Source: a virus. From it: DNA of 64,000 nt. The stretch is from positions 25,041 through 89,040 of the IMG/VR virus record IMGVR_UViG_3300032213_002091. One strand, given 5' to 3'. Below, one piece after another: positions 1 through 9,953 of the stretch. The stretch's first letter is position 1; every line of letters begins with the position of its first letter. The position numbers were made by a program, and so were the translations under genes. The notes under the pieces were generated by a model. The model saw only the letters and a list, made by a program, of their open reading frames with translations, did not search any database and was not told the DNA's origin.

Positions 1-1
1 T

Positions 2-361
2 GAAGCGCCAGTCTGGGACGCAAGCATTTACAAGTTCCCCCCAACCTGCGACAATCCGTCAAAGACTTACGATGTAGATGCAAACAACTACAAGATCGGT
101 TACGCATACTTTGTGGCCGATGCGTCCGCTGCGGAGGACGGTTTCTTCGACGTTCAGCAGGAAGCAGCGTGGAGGTTTGCTGAAACGCAACCGCAAACTC
201 TTTATATCACGCCGGATTGCCCTGCCGAGCCTTCCGGACCCGGAGAGCCAATCACCGTAACAATCTTGCCGACACCGCCTCCCATAGACTCGCCCACCTT
301 TGAAGCCACTTGGTTAAACTGCAGCAGTCTAACTTCCTTCCCCGTAGCTAACCCGGAGTAG
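2..361 (+). CDS. 3' part of a structural protein, truncated by the window edge
   Basis: Frame is open from position 2 (EAPVWDASIYKF...) to TAG 359-361; ends with one copy of the repeat found in the next gene (FEATWLNCSSLTSFP). Confidence 0.75.
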   Translation, partial: EAPVWDASIYKFPPTCDNPSKTYDVDANNYKIGYAYFVADASAAEDGFFDVQQEAAWRFAETQPQTLYITPDCPAEPSGPGEPITVTILPTPPPIDSPTFEATWLNCSSLTSFPVANPE

Positions 362-363
362 TC

Positions 364-2502
364 ATGCCAAACTTCAACTGTGACCCTAATGCAGACACTG
401 CCGGATTGGTAGATTTATCCTACGGTTGGGCGAGCTGCACCTCCATAGTAAGCTTCCCACCCAAAGATTTCAGCTCGGGGCTCAATTTCGATTACACTTG
501 GGCTAATTGCTCTTCAATGGCGATTATCGCTGAGCTTTACCTGTACGACCAGTTGCGAGACGCAACCGAGTTGGTACGAACGTGGGAGGGTTGTTCGAGT
601 CTTACAAGTTTTCAGGACAATTTGTACTTGAAGGCAACTTTGTTTGATCGAACATGGAAAAATTGCAGCAGTTTGACAAGTTTTCCACCTACCACTATTG
701 AGTCGGGTGTTACTTTCACGGAAACATGGTCCGGTTGCTCCAGCCTAACCTCTTTCCCCCTGTTGAATACGGGTCAAGGCACTAATTTCCAAGCTGCGTG
801 GTTCGAGTGTAGTGGGTTAGTTTCTTTCCCGCTGTTAAACACAAGCCAAGGGACAAATTTCATCGGCACTTGGGCGTATTGCTCAAACCTCACTTCATTC
901 CCCCTGTTAAACACAAGTCAAGGCACTAACTTTGCGGGCGCTTGGGCGTATTGCTCAAACCTCACTTCATTCCCCCTGTTAAACACAAGTCAAGGCACTG
1001 ACTTTGCGGTCGCTTGGGCCGACTGCAGTAGTTTAACATCCTTTCCGCTATTGGACACAAGTCAAGGCACTAATTTTTTTGCCACTTGGGCGCTGTGCGG
1101 CGGGTTGACTTCGTTCCCGCCACTAGACACAAGTAAGGGCACTAATTTCCAGTCAACTTGGGAGCAGTGCAGCGGATTAACTTCGTTCCCGTCTTTGAAT
1201 TTGAGTCAAGGAACCAACTTTTCCGGTACCTGGTTAGGTTGCGTAAGTTTAGCCGACTTCCCGCCGAACATGTTTGACTCGTCACTCACCGGCAATTTCA
1301 GTCGAGCTTGGGAAGTTTGTGCGCTGACCCCCGAAAGTATCGAAAATATCTTTGTTTCCCTCGACACCAGCGGGGTAGTGAACGGTACGTGTACTGTTGC
1401 TGGAGGGACCAACGCCTGCTTCGGGGAGTGGACTGCTCTTGCCACTGCCGCTTACGATAATCTAATTGGCAAATCCTGGACCATTGAATACAACTATTGC
1501 CCGCCTCCGGCAGAAGCACTAATCACATTAACTGCCTCGCCTACCGCAGTCGTTAATACCGGGGCAACCAACATTATTTTCAGCTTCACGCGGACCGGGT
1601 CAACAGCTAACCCTCTAACTGTTAATTTCAACGTTGGGGGGACGGCGACTCTTGGAACGGACTACACTCAGTCTGGCGCCGCTTCTTTCTCGCCAACCAG
1701 CGGAAGCATTCTCATTCCTGCAGGGCAAACCACTGGTCAAATTACGATTGACCCAGACCCAGCCGCCTCGATCGTATCCAGCGAAACTGTTGAAATTACC
1801 TTGGTTTCGGGCTCCGGGTACACGCCGGTAACGACCAACCCGGTGGTTGGAACTATCTACGAGGATATACTCCCTGTTGCAATACAGCAGACTATCTATA
1901 TTCGAAGCATTCTTGGAACCATCGGTGGAAACCTGCTGACCGGAGAAGTTAACACCCCTGGACCCAACCCGACTCTTCCGGTGGTTTCCGTGCCGCCTGT
2001 TGTGGGTGCTGGGGGACCGGACTACCAAATTTTTGAGCTTATCAGTGATTCCATTGGGTCCTACGGTATATTCACCTTGAGTTCAAACGGGGATTTTGAG
2101 TACATTGTTGATTTAACCAACCCGATAGTCCTTAACCTCAGCCCTTACACCCCTCCTTACTACACCGGTGTGAGTGAACCATTCCAATTCCGTGTTACAG
2201 ACCTCGCCGGAAACACTAGCGAGGGTGTTGTAAACGTTTCTATACAGGCCAGTTACACAAGGGTCGCTGCTGCTTTCACTTTTGACCCTATTCCTCCCGT
2301 TCCCCCAAATCAAGGGAGGAAAATGTGGCATCTAAACGAACCCCTTGTATCCACACTATCCAACCCGAACTACTCATTCTTCGGCTTAAACTACCCGTGG
2401 ACCGGGCCAGTAACAGATCCCCCCCCATACATCACAGGTTATACCGATCAGCCTGGAAATTGGCTTATAGGTGGCCCTCCCCCTAGTGGTTTCTTTGACT
2501 GA
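364..2502 (+). CDS. Surface/receptor-binding protein with BspA/DUF285-like repeats, a Calx-beta-like domain and a VCBS/cadherin-like domain
   Basis: Tandem 24-aa units LNTSQGTNFxxxWxxCSxLTSFPL; FTRTGSTANPLTVNFNVGGTATLGTDY (Calx-beta-like); GIFTLSSNGDFEY...EPFQFRVTDLAG (VCBS-like). Confidence 0.7.
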   Translation: MPNFNCDPNADTAGLVDLSYGWASCTSIVSFPPKDFSSGLNFDYTWANCSSMAIIAELYLYDQLRDATELVRTWEGCSSLTSFQDNLYLKATLFDRTWKNCSSLTSFPPTTIESGVTFTETWSGCSSLTSFPLLNTGQGTNFQAAWFECSGLVSFPLLNTSQGTNFIGTWAYCSNLTSFPLLNTSQGTNFAGAWAYCSNLTSFPLLNTSQGTDFAVAWADCSSLTSFPLLDTSQGTNFFATWALCGGLTSFPPLDTSKGTNFQSTWEQCSGLTSFPSLNLSQGTNFSGTWLGCVSLADFPPNMFDSSLTGNFSRAWEVCALTPESIENIFVSLDTSGVVNGTCTVAGGTNACFGEWTALATAAYDNLIGKSWTIEYNYCPPPAEALITLTASPTAVVNTGATNIIFSFTRTGSTANPLTVNFNVGGTATLGTDYTQSGAASFSPTSGSILIPAGQTTGQITIDPDPAASIVSSETVEITLVSGSGYTPVTTNPVVGTIYEDILPVAIQQTIYIRSILGTIGGNLLTGEVNTPGPNPTLPVVSVPPVVGAGGPDYQIFELISDSIGSYGIFTLSSNGDFEYIVDLTNPIVLNLSPYTPPYYTGVSEPFQFRVTDLAGNTSEGVVNVSIQASYTRVAAAFTFDPIPPVPPNQGRKMWHLNEPLVSTLSNPNYSFFGLNYPWTGPVTDPPPYITGYTDQPGNWLIGGPPPSGFFD
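690..1270 (+). repeat. 72-nt period coding tandem repeat
   Basis: Recurring acacaagtcaaggcactaa units; 869-927 and 941-999 are identical 59-mers. Confidence 0.85.
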
Positions 2503-2518
2503 GCCCTAGACTGTGAGC

Positions 2519-2526
2519 GGGTAAAA
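2519..2526 (+). promoter_or_regulatory. GGGTAAAA box (putative late promoter)
   Basis: Intergenic, 30 nt before ATG 2549. Confidence 0.75.
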
Positions 2527-2548
2527 CTAAACAGTCTTCAACCCACAG

Positions 2549-2803
2549 ATGGCCCCTAGACGACGCAAAACACCTTCGCAGATCGAACCGAGTACAATTG
2601 AAACTATGGAAGACGAATCAACATTTAGCCTGGAAGAAACGGTTGAAACTCCTTTGGAAACAGTTGAAGTAGTTGAAACGGTAAAAGAACCTTTGGAGCC
2701 GAAACCAACAGGTCGAACGATTTCTCCGCCGGTTGCACCCGTTCCACCCAAACGCCATCCCCGAAACTTACCGAAATTTTCACAGTTTCGTAAGGACATT
2801 TGA
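2549..2803 (+). CDS. Hypothetical protein
   Basis: 84-aa ORF directly after the promoter box, abutting the next gene. Confidence 0.7.
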   Translation: MAPRRRKTPSQIEPSTIETMEDESTFSLEETVETPLETVEVVETVKEPLEPKPTGRTISPPVAPVPPKRHPRNLPKFSQFRKDI

Positions 2804-2805
2804 GA

Positions 2806-3609
2806 ATGCACCAGCCCAAACTCAGAGCTTCTGAATTTGTAAGCCAGTTTGTTGCAATGCTCAATGCAACTGAGGCGAACATGAAGTTTGCTGGACTGCC
2901 TCGGGGAACGCTTCGTGGAACGATTGTGGATATCAACGATCCGCTGGATCGGGGAAGAGTGAAGGTCATCTTTGACGACCACAACATCGAAATTCCCCAA
3001 ATCTCTGGTGCCACCGGAGAGTTTTCCGCCGAGCGCGAAGGCCAACAAGCCAAACCATCACACTGGATTGACACTTCCCCTGCGTTCAAGGGGAAACAAC
3101 CGAAAGGATTGGTCGGAAAGCGTGTAAACATCGTACCGTCAAGCGGAGAGTACCAGTACGCCATCCTCCAAGATGTCTTGTACGACCCCCAACTTCTGAC
3201 TTCAAAGGCAGAGAAAAACCTCAAGATGCCGGACAACAGCACGATGATTCGGCTGCCGGTATACCCCGCAGGAAGCCTTCCGCCCGCATCCAAAGAAAAC
3301 CACGGTTGCACCGTGATTGAAGAAGGGGGGCCAATGAGCTCCGACTGGTTGTGTGTCTGTCTGAAACGAAACGGCAGCTATATCTGGGTCCGCCACGTTG
3401 ACTTAGCACATGGTCACGCAGGCGAAAACGATGGAACTCAGCCAAACGACAGCCGTGGCGACGCAGAACAGCCTGTCAAGGAGCAATCCATTTGGGACTT
3501 TGTTTTCCCCACTTCGGCAAAGGAAATGAGCAAAAACTCTGCTTACGGAACTTCTCCTCGCCCAAACCCCTACGGCGGAAAAGCCACCTGGTACAAACCT
3601 CCCTCTTGA
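2806..3609 (+). CDS. Baseplate spike / gp5-gpV-type OB-fold protein
   Basis: RGTIVDINDPLDRGRVKVIF matches the Gp5/VgrG OB-fold N-terminal pattern; His-rich RHVDLAHGHAG near the C-terminus. Confidence 0.65.
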   Translation: MHQPKLRASEFVSQFVAMLNATEANMKFAGLPRGTLRGTIVDINDPLDRGRVKVIFDDHNIEIPQISGATGEFSAEREGQQAKPSHWIDTSPAFKGKQPKGLVGKRVNIVPSSGEYQYAILQDVLYDPQLLTSKAEKNLKMPDNSTMIRLPVYPAGSLPPASKENHGCTVIEEGGPMSSDWLCVCLKRNGSYIWVRHVDLAHGHAGENDGTQPNDSRGDAEQPVKEQSIWDFVFPTSAKEMSKNSAYGTSPRPNPYGGKATWYKPPS

Positions 3610-3612
3610 ACT

Positions 3613-4035
3613 ATGGCAATTCGTCGTCCCGGAATTCAATCGCCCACTTGGCTCTTTCAGGATTTTCTTTACTTTGAAGATCCTCCGAGTGAGTTACGAT
3701 ACCTATTGGTGAAGTGGGACGGTGAGATTTTCGATCGAGTCTCAGAAACTTTCGACTATAGCAATCCGCCTTACGCTGACGATGAGCAGCGCGGCGGTTC
3801 AATCGTTGCTCGAATCGACTACACGATCGAAGGTTTTCTTGTTACAATCGACTCCTGGGAGGTGAACTGGAGGGACGAGTGGCCGCTCCGGTTGGCTTCG
3901 AATTACCTTCGAAATTGCAAATACCGGGAGTTGGACGGTTACGTCATTCAAGTTCCACAAGACGCTTATTCGTTCTGGGTGAGTGAGTACTTCCACCCGT
4001 TCTCCAACGACCCTCGTACCAATCTTTATAGCTGA
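3613..4035 (+). CDS. Hypothetical protein
   Basis: 140-aa ORF in a tightly packed operon. Confidence 0.7.
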   Translation: MAIRRPGIQSPTWLFQDFLYFEDPPSELRYLLVKWDGEIFDRVSETFDYSNPPYADDEQRGGSIVARIDYTIEGFLVTIDSWEVNWRDEWPLRLASNYLRNCKYRELDGYVIQVPQDAYSFWVSEYFHPFSNDPRTNLYS

Positions 4036-4043
4036 GGAAGCTG

Positions 4044-5123
4044 ATGGCTGCGCCTAAGATCAAGGAAATTCTAGTTTCGACACCGACGACGGTTGTTCTG
4101 TACTTTGACGCGCCACTGGACACAAATGTTCCGGTTCCGCTTACTTCCTTTACCGTCAACTACGGGCAGTACGGGGTGGAAACCCTGATCTATTCTTCGG
4201 ACACGATGGTGTCTCTTGGGTTGGACAGCACTCTAACTCCCTGGGACCAAGCATTCGTTTCCTACGAGCCGCCTCTTGACCTCAACCTTTGCCTGCGCGG
4301 GCCGATTCCCCCTACGGCGAACGACGTTGTCAAGAAACGCAATGCCTCTCGCGCTTTTTATCGCGTTGCAGCGAGAAACACTCTTGCACCGGATGAAACA
4401 ACCGATGGCTCTCGAGTTCAGTCTAACCTGGGCCAAACCATCGGCGGATACGGTTTCCCTTACCAGAACCGTTCCGGCGTACTCACAAACAACAAGACCG
4501 ACCCAAGGAGTGCCTCACCCGACGACTTCATTATCGCGTTCGGCCTCAAAGAAGCCATTCAGCTAACAAACATTGATGACGCAGCAGCCACGACAGTGAA
4601 TGTGGCGAAGCTGCACATGGCGATTCAAGACGCCAACTCTCTGATTGACTCGTATATTGAGCAGTCGGGTAAGGCTGGCATGGTGCTAATCACAAGCAAT
4701 CGCCGCCGCACCGCACTCACAATCGCCCGTTACTACCTCGACACGGTTCGCCGCAGAGAAGACGTCTACAAGGATTACGACGCCGCTCTGAAGCAGATGC
4801 AGGCCGAGATGGGAATGACTGCGATTCGCGCAGGAAATGGGGACTCCGCCATTGATACGCCTCAGGGAATTATGCGGTCCTGGCGCATTCCTCAACGTTA
4901 CAACTCGGTTTCTGGCAAAGGTCTTTCAGGCTGGACAACCGACACCGCTGGAGACCAGGCCCCGGATTACCGCTTCGGTTGGGGCGCAATCGGGCAGAAT
5001 AACGACTTCCCGAACTGGATTACGGCCAACAATTTCCTGGAGTTGGGCGGAACGCTGCAGATTGCTGAACCGAACGATGCTGGCGGCTGGTATATCGACG
5101 GCTCAAACACGAATTTCCCGTAA
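4044..5123 (+). CDS. Mu gp36-like (DUF1320) head-tail adaptor with an N-terminal SwmB-like domain
   Basis: EAIQLTN...AIQDANSLIDSYI...IARYYL...YDAALK (DUF1320 pattern); N-terminal TTVVLYFDAPLD...TSFTVN. Confidence 0.65.
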   Translation: MAAPKIKEILVSTPTTVVLYFDAPLDTNVPVPLTSFTVNYGQYGVETLIYSSDTMVSLGLDSTLTPWDQAFVSYEPPLDLNLCLRGPIPPTANDVVKKRNASRAFYRVAARNTLAPDETTDGSRVQSNLGQTIGGYGFPYQNRSGVLTNNKTDPRSASPDDFIIAFGLKEAIQLTNIDDAAATTVNVAKLHMAIQDANSLIDSYIEQSGKAGMVLITSNRRRTALTIARYYLDTVRRREDVYKDYDAALKQMQAEMGMTAIRAGNGDSAIDTPQGIMRSWRIPQRYNSVSGKGLSGWTTDTAGDQAPDYRFGWGAIGQNNDFPNWITANNFLELGGTLQIAEPNDAGGWYIDGSNTNFP

Positions 5124-5126
5124 ACC

Positions 5127-6344
5127 ATGGAATTGAATACAATCAGTCGTATCGAGCAGTTCATTGTTGATGCTCTTGTTGCCTCCCCCCTGATTCCAAT
5201 CAGCGTGAATGTTCTTCGCCTCGCAGACGCGATCGAAAACGAGGGAGTGGTGCAGCAAACTAACAACATCGTCGTGCGTTACACGGGTTCTTCAAACACA
5301 GTCAAGAATCGCATTCCGATGGTTTTCGAGCGGAGTATGAGCTTCGAGCTGAACTTCTCCTGCCAAAACTATCTCACCTCCTCGGGTCACGATTTCGCCA
5401 CTCAACTTCTTGCAGGCGCTTTCAACACGATAAACGGCAGTGTTCCGTCCGGTGCGTCAGTGCAGACGATCGAACCTTTCACGTGTCAAAACGAACTGTT
5501 CACTGGCATCAGTCCCGAATCTCAGTACACCTACACTCAAACTTACGTTCTCACGATTGAGGAAACGCTGCCGTATGTTGCCCTTGACCCTTGCGTTCAA
5601 CGTGGCGATTGCCGGCAAATCTTTCCGGGACCGAACGTTGAAACGCGCCTTCCCCTGGCCGGAGTTGTTGACACTGCAAGCGGAGAGATTTACGTTCCGT
5701 GGTACACGGGAATCAAGTTACCCCTGGAAGACTATTCCGCCCCGTACGGTGTTCGTTGGAGCAATCCTGCGACTTCGTCAGGAAACTGGGTGTTTGTTTG
5801 CGACCCGGACACGGTATTCCTCCCAGATCCACTCAACCAACCGATTTATCTTTTGAGCAACAACAGCTATACTGAAGATGGCAGGTTAGTTGTGACCGTC
5901 TGGGACGCCGAGACCTCGGAACCGATTGAGGAAGTTTTCTACTCGCCGACCGGAAAGTTTTTGGCGCGGTACGCGATCGAGCTGTGGAATGACGTCGCAG
6001 GCAAAGCCGATCCGATTTCCGACCGGGCTTCAAAATATGCTGAGTGGTTCACAGGCATGAACGTAGGTGAGTTTGCGGTCATTACCGGAGCGTACACCTT
6101 CTTGAACATCGACCCGCTGAACCCGGAGGCAAAACAACTGTACCTCGAGGGCGGTTCCGTGATCGGAATTGTCCCCGAGACGTTCATTCAGACCCCGAAG
6201 GGAAGGTACTACTTTGTGGCTAAATCTCCTCAAGGGAAAGGGTGGATTCTGGAAGATACATTCCAGCTCGCCTCTATCAACTCACTGTGGAAGTTAGGTT
6301 GCGTTCCCTGTGAAGGCAATCCCGGTCCCATCGCCCCTTGTTAA
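5127..6344 (+). CDS. Mu gp37-like neck/tail-terminator protein with C-terminal extension
   Basis: N-terminal ISRIEQFIVDAL and position after the gp36-like gene. Confidence 0.45.
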   Translation: MELNTISRIEQFIVDALVASPLIPISVNVLRLADAIENEGVVQQTNNIVVRYTGSSNTVKNRIPMVFERSMSFELNFSCQNYLTSSGHDFATQLLAGAFNTINGSVPSGASVQTIEPFTCQNELFTGISPESQYTYTQTYVLTIEETLPYVALDPCVQRGDCRQIFPGPNVETRLPLAGVVDTASGEIYVPWYTGIKLPLEDYSAPYGVRWSNPATSSGNWVFVCDPDTVFLPDPLNQPIYLLSNNSYTEDGRLVVTVWDAETSEPIEEVFYSPTGKFLARYAIELWNDVAGKADPISDRASKYAEWFTGMNVGEFAVITGAYTFLNIDPLNPEAKQLYLEGGSVIGIVPETFIQTPKGRYYFVAKSPQGKGWILEDTFQLASINSLWKLGCVPCEGNPGPIAPC

Positions 6345-6502
6345 TGGACTCATCACAAGAACTTTGGAACAGTTACCACATCGCCGTGCAGCGCGGCGAC
6401 ATGGAAGAAGCAAAGAAGATCTTGCAAAAGATCGTGTCATACAAGGGGAATCCCCCGCCACCGAGAGGTGGTTGCTCCAAATGTAGAAAGAGGCTTTACT
6501 GA
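6344..6502 (+). CDS. Small protein with C-terminal CxxC (52 aa, not in the ORF track)
   Basis: MDSSQELWNSYHIAVQRGD...GGCSKCRKRLY; TAATG and TGATG coupling with both neighbours. Confidence 0.7.
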   Translation: MDSSQELWNSYHIAVQRGDMEEAKKILQKIVSYKGNPPPPRGGCSKCRKRLY

Positions 6503-6780
6503 TGGCTAAATCACGCGAAGACATTATCAAGCAGAAAGAGATTCTGGCTCAAGACACCCTTCTTGTGGCGAAAGACGCTCTGGATCAGCTTGCCAACCAG
6601 ATGGAAGAGTGCTCCACTCGCGACCTCGTTTCCATCTTCAACAGTGCGATCAAAGCGCACAGAGAAATTACTTCGGACATCGTTGCCCTGACCCAAGTTG
6701 ATTCAAAAAGCGAGCAGGAATTAGCTGTTGCGTACGACGGAAAAGTTGGGGAGCTTCTGAAAAAACTGACGGGGGATTGA
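6502..6780 (+). CDS. Candidate terminase small subunit
   Basis: 92-aa helical protein immediately upstream of terL; positional inference. Confidence 0.4.
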   Translation: MAKSREDIIKQKEILAQDTLLVAKDALDQLANQMEECSTRDLVSIFNSAIKAHREITSDIVALTQVDSKSEQELAVAYDGKVGELLKKLTGD

Positions 6781-6781
6781 T

Positions 6782-8515
6782 ATGCGTCCCGTAATCACGA
6801 AAGCCAGCCAGCTCGAAGAACACAGCTCGTGGAGAAAATACCAGCGAGGCATACGTGAACTGACGCTTATGGAAGCACCACGCATGGTGATTCAGGATTT
6901 TCGGTACAAAGCTGCTCGCGATTGTTTTCTTGCTTTTTGCGACATTATGAAGCACGGCGACCTGCAGGTTGCCCCGTTTCATGAACTGATCGGCTCAGCG
7001 TTTGAAGACCTTGCTACGCGAAGGTACAAGCGATTGATTGTTTCCTGCCCGCCACGATCGGGGAAGTCAATGCTTGCGACCATGTTCCTAGCATGGCTTC
7101 TCGGGCGAGACCAAAGGACACAACACGTCATTGCCTCTTACGGTGCGTCCCTCTCCTTCAAATTTCACCGTGAAGTAGTTCACATGATGAAGTCGAAGGA
7201 GTTCAAGCGGGTGTTCCCTGAGTGGCTTGGATTCTCACCGGACTCAAAGTATGACATGGTCGGCGGCGGTTACATTCTTGCCACTTCCGTTGGCGGGGTT
7301 CTAACCGGTTTCACCGCCGGAACAACAGATATGGACAGCCCTGGCGTTGGCGCCATGGTGATTGACGACCCGCTCAAATCTTCGGACTCTAAACAAGCAC
7401 TCGACAACCTTGAATCTTGGTGGCAAGAGCAGGCGTCCACCCGAAGAACCAACCACTACTGCCAGATGGTTATCGCAACTCGCTTCCACGAGAAAGATTT
7501 GCATGGCGTTCTGATGGAAGGCGACGGCCTTTACGACGAAGTTCACAACCCGTTTGGTTGGCGTTGGATCAATATCGCAGGACTTTGCGAAGACCCGCGC
7601 ACTGACCCGCTTGAGCGGCAGATCGGTGATTCGCATTGGGGTGACAATCCGACTTTTTCTGTGCCGATGCTTGAGTCGCAGAAGAAGATTATGGGAAGCT
7701 TCAAATTTGCGGCGCTTTACCAAGGCGTTCCCGTTGCTGCGGAAGGCCAGATTGTCAAGAACAGTTGGATTGAGGTTATCGAAGAAGAAGATTGCCCGCC
7801 ACTTGATGTCGTGTGGTTAGCGGCTGACTGCGCTTTCTCCGAGAAACAAATGGCGGACGAAACCGCGATTTGCGTGGCTGGGATTAGTATGCGAGATCCG
7901 ACTGTGATCTACATTCGGGAGATCGTGAAAGGTCGATGGGGTTTCCCCGACTTGGTTGAAGCCGTGAAGCAAAACTACACATATTATCAGGCAAAAGTTC
8001 TATGTATCGAAAAAGCAGCTTCGGGGCACTCTCTCATTCAAGTTCTTCGAAAAGAAGCGAGAGTTCCGATCGAAGAGATGAAGCCGTTGAAGTCGAAGAC
8101 TACGAGACTTCAGGCCGTTTGTCCTTTACTGGAGAACAGCCGGGTTAAACTGGTTCAAGGGCACTGGACTGACACATTCATCAAGGAATTAACCTCATTC
8201 CCGTTTGTCCGTCACGACGACAGTACGGACGCTTTTGCTTGGGCGCTCACTTACTATGCAATGAAAATGGACGTTGTTGATCGTAACCTGCAGGACACGA
8301 TTATTCAAAACAAGCGATTCAAAGGAGATTTACTTCGCGATGGGCTCGGGGATAAGTCCGTCTTTGGGGAAATTCGCACAGGACGGCAGAAGTTGTTCTC
8401 GGGCGACACCGCAATTAACGACCCGGACTACGACGCTTCAACGATGGGTGTTGATGCTCGTTCACCTTTCGTGAGCGGAAGACGGGGTGGAAGAGGACGA
8501 CTCGGCTACGAATGA
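6782..8515 (+). CDS. terL: Terminase large subunit
   Basis: Walker A PPRSGKS, Walker B VIDDP, TRFHEKDL, nuclease motifs ADCAF, IEKAASG and RHDDSTDA. Confidence 0.95.
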   Translation: MRPVITKASQLEEHSSWRKYQRGIRELTLMEAPRMVIQDFRYKAARDCFLAFCDIMKHGDLQVAPFHELIGSAFEDLATRRYKRLIVSCPPRSGKSMLATMFLAWLLGRDQRTQHVIASYGASLSFKFHREVVHMMKSKEFKRVFPEWLGFSPDSKYDMVGGGYILATSVGGVLTGFTAGTTDMDSPGVGAMVIDDPLKSSDSKQALDNLESWWQEQASTRRTNHYCQMVIATRFHEKDLHGVLMEGDGLYDEVHNPFGWRWINIAGLCEDPRTDPLERQIGDSHWGDNPTFSVPMLESQKKIMGSFKFAALYQGVPVAAEGQIVKNSWIEVIEEEDCPPLDVVWLAADCAFSEKQMADETAICVAGISMRDPTVIYIREIVKGRWGFPDLVEAVKQNYTYYQAKVLCIEKAASGHSLIQVLRKEARVPIEEMKPLKSKTTRLQAVCPLLENSRVKLVQGHWTDTFIKELTSFPFVRHDDSTDAFAWALTYYAMKMDVVDRNLQDTIIQNKRFKGDLLRDGLGDKSVFGEIRTGRQKLFSGDTAINDPDYDASTMGVDARSPFVSGRRGGRGRLGYE

Positions 8516-8539
8516 GTGGTGATCTGGTAACCACCACTC
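8514..8539 (+). terminator. Hairpin after terL
   Basis: GAGTGGTG (8514-8521) pairs with CACCACTC (8532-8539); TATAAT follows at 8540-8545. Confidence 0.4.
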
Positions 8540-8577
8540 TATAATCTAAAAGTTGCTGTTGTTTACAACAGATTACC

Positions 8578-8775
8578 ATGGCTATTCATCCGACTGACTT
8601 TAACAGTGAGATTATGCGTGCCGAACACGGCACTGTGGTATTGGCAACTTCGCCAATAGCTGACCAGTATTTGGCAAAAGCAAGGGACAAACAATACAAC
8701 GTGCCGACCGACCGGTACTCTCGATGGTGTGGCGGAAAAGGCGGATTCGATGACTTCGCAGAGCGACTTCACTGA
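8578..8775 (+). CDS. Hypothetical protein
   Basis: 65-aa ORF convergent with the desaturase. Confidence 0.6.
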   Translation: MAIHPTDFNSEIMRAEHGTVVLATSPIADQYLAKARDKQYNVPTDRYSRWCGGKGGFDDFAERLH

Positions 8776-8778
8776 GAG

Positions 8779-9468
8779 TTAAACTCGCTCCAGTGAAGAA
8801 GCTGCCCAGTAAATAAGATCGAATTTGTGCATCTTTTTTCGTTCAGGGTGACGGTGGTGGTCAGAATGAAACTCTTCTCCCCACATCAAGGGGTACAACA
8901 GGGGGAGATTCAAAGCACTGCCCCCTTCACCCTCACCTAAGTGATTCACAATGAAGATGAGGTTCAGCATCCAGAAAGAAACCACTGGTATGAAAGGGAA
9001 CACCAGAGAGGAAAGTAGGAAAAAATTAGCATTATTTCGATGCTGCAGGCAAATCTCTGGATCTCGCAGATACCTGACGTAGGATTTCACCGGCGGGTAG
9101 AATGTTTCGTCCCAACGCTTGAAAACGGTTCTCACGAGCCCTATCCTGCGAAAATCGTGAGGGTCTAGAGTCGTATCGGTGTGCTTGTGATGTTCAACAT
9201 GAACGGCGCAACTCACTGCAAGACTTCCGAATCCGCACATCGAGAAAAGATCGCACAGAAACTTCTTGACACGGCGTGAAAATTGAAACTGATTGTGGGC
9301 CACCGCCCTATGCATAAACGCATACGAGGCGATGTTGAAGCTGAGCAGTCCCACGAACAAGGCAGCCAGCATATAGGTGTAGCCGAACACGTAGGAATAC
9401 ACGCCAAAGGTAATATGGCTTAGCGCGTAGAGAGTGGCGTACAGCCTGACGCTTCTTTGCAATTTCAT
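8779..9468 (-). CDS. Membrane fatty-acid desaturase (delta-9/DesC-like)
   Basis: Three His boxes HRAVAH, HVEHH(KHTD..LDPH) and GEEFHSDHH, plus hydrophobic segments; ATG 9468 chosen as start. Confidence 0.85.
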   Translation of the reverse strand: MKLQRSVRLYATLYALSHITFGVYSYVFGYTYMLAALFVGLLSFNIASYAFMHRAVAHNQFQFSRRVKKFLCDLFSMCGFGSLAVSCAVHVEHHKHTDTTLDPHDFRRIGLVRTVFKRWDETFYPPVKSYVRYLRDPEICLQHRNNANFFLLSSLVFPFIPVVSFWMLNLIFIVNHLGEGEGGSALNLPLLYPLMWGEEFHSDHHRHPERKKMHKFDLIYWAASSLERV

Positions 9469-9469
9469 C

Positions 9470-9922
9470 TTAACCTGCTGCACTAAAGTCCCTGAAGTAA
9501 AGACCAAGTTTGAGAGAGGGCTTAAACTGAAACCGTTTTAGAAGTTTGTCCGAGATTTTACCATTCTTTCGGAGAACAGCCACCCCTTTTACGCAAGGCC
9601 GATTCAAATCACGCAAAAGTTTGAAGGTTCTTTCTAGAATTTTAGGTCTATCCCCGTGGTTCGGTAGAATAAAGACCCCTAAATAGTAGTATTTGCCCTT
9701 CAGGTACGGGGAGTATCTGGCATCCCCTGTAACCGTTCCGACAACTGTATTGGTGGGATTGTGTAAAATCGCCATTACGACTTTGTTAACCCGTACTTTC
9801 GCAAGATTGAGGCTGTAAACTTTGTTGTTCACCCATAACTCTACAGCTTGAGTTTGGACAACCGCAGATTTCAGGCCGTCGCCGAAGAGTAAGCTGTATT
9901 CGGTAGTTTGATCTTCAGTCAC
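9470..9922 (-). CDS. Hypothetical protein (possible GNAT-like fold)
   Basis: 150-aa ORF co-oriented with the desaturase; weak YYLGVFILP similarity only. Confidence 0.5.
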   Translation of the reverse strand: MTEDQTTEYSLLFGDGLKSAVVQTQAVELWVNNKVYSLNLAKVRVNKVVMAILHNPTNTVVGTVTGDARYSPYLKGKYYYLGVFILPNHGDRPKILERTFKLLRDLNRPCVKGVAVLRKNGKISDKLLKRFQFKPSLKLGLYFRDFSAAG

Positions 9923-9953
9923 ATCTCAAAGGGGAATGACCAATGTATTTCGA

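Noticed and set aside
690-1270. 72-nt repeats as a CRISPR array or DGR template/variable pair
   Set aside because: They are in-frame coding repeats, differences are not adenine-specific, and no reverse transcriptase or cas gene is in the window
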